Shown here in pieces: positions 63,192-64,000 of a DNA stretch of 64,000 bases. The position numbers and the translations under genes are program-made. The stretch spans positions 20,584,001 through 20,648,000 of the forward strand of contig CM022665.1 in assembly GCA_012295275.1 (NCBI GenBank), in the 5' to 3' direction. Each line of letters opens with the position of its first letter. The first letter of the stretch is position 1. The DNA comes from Chrysomallon squamiferum. Lineage: Eukaryota > Animalia > Mollusca. The notes beneath the pieces are model-generated. The model worked only from the letters and a program-made list of their open reading frames with translations, did not search any database and was not told the DNA's origin.

Positions 63192-63272
63192 CATAGATAG
63201 ATATTACATTAAGGAAGATGAGACAACACCGGCCTTCACAAATCCTCAAGGAATGTTGTTTTGAAACGACCC

Positions 63273-63304
<32 letters not shown>

Positions 63305-63863
63305 ACGTTAATAACCCTGTTTTTAATTACATTTATTTTTTAATGGGTGTGGTGTTGTTAGAGTGTTAATTGTGTGTGTTTGCTGTGTGTGTGTATTCAA
63401 ATCAGCTGTCTGTGAGGTAAGAAAAACAAGCCGGGTTGATACACCGTAGCGTAATATTAGAAATATTCCACACGTGACGTCAGACGTTTATTTCACTCCA
63501 CGGGATTATCTCAGTATGTCATTTGCATTCACTGGTTAATACAGGCTTAGAGAAAACTCTGGGTGACGTTGTCGCTGATTTGTTCACGTTGTGACACGGT
63601 CGCTGTTCATGTTATGATTTAAATGGCGTTGTCACAGTATTTTTTGTGTGAGTTCGTGTGATTGTTTAATTTGTAAAAAGTTAGCTACACAGACAGTAAA
63701 TAAATAACACAAACACGTATATACTTGTAGTCCAGCTTGCCGAAGAATAAAATGGAGAATACAAAAGAAACTAAAGTAGTGAGAAAGGGGGAATAATACA
63801 ACATTACATTTTACAAATATTAATAGTGACCGAAAAGATTTTTGTTTTGTGTAAAGTAGTTTT

Positions 63864-63946
<83 letters not shown>

Positions 63947-64000
63947 TTATCTACCTATATACATTCAAGGTTGTCTTGATGTCCTTCGGAGTGCGGACGA

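Overview
AT-rich, microsatellite-laden animal (invertebrate, plausibly molluscan) genomic DNA. Six intron-containing genes alternate strictly in orientation, forming three head-to-head pairs: YRDC (-, partial) / CDK5RAP1 (+), an unannotated membrane-anchored AKAP-like gene (-) / an acid lipase (+), and KIF25 (-) / TTLL12 (+). A gene-free, CpG-richer 10 kb tail follows. Main observations: (1) about 9 of ~50 introns carry tandem copies of the adjacent splice junction, usually including the first or last codons of the exon. These show polarized decay, knocked-out AGs or immediate stops, and in two cases divergence from the live exon that is almost purely synonymous. (2) A novel ~950-aa acidic protein has an N-terminal TM segment, three C-x5-C-x-H-x-H repeats and a C-terminal PKA-RII-binding-like helix. 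(3) Two tRNA A37-modifying enzymes share a ~400-bp promoter. (4) Four apparent frameshifts in three genes are most likely consensus errors. All gene models were built by eye from GT-AG sites and remembered family motifs; no searches were run.
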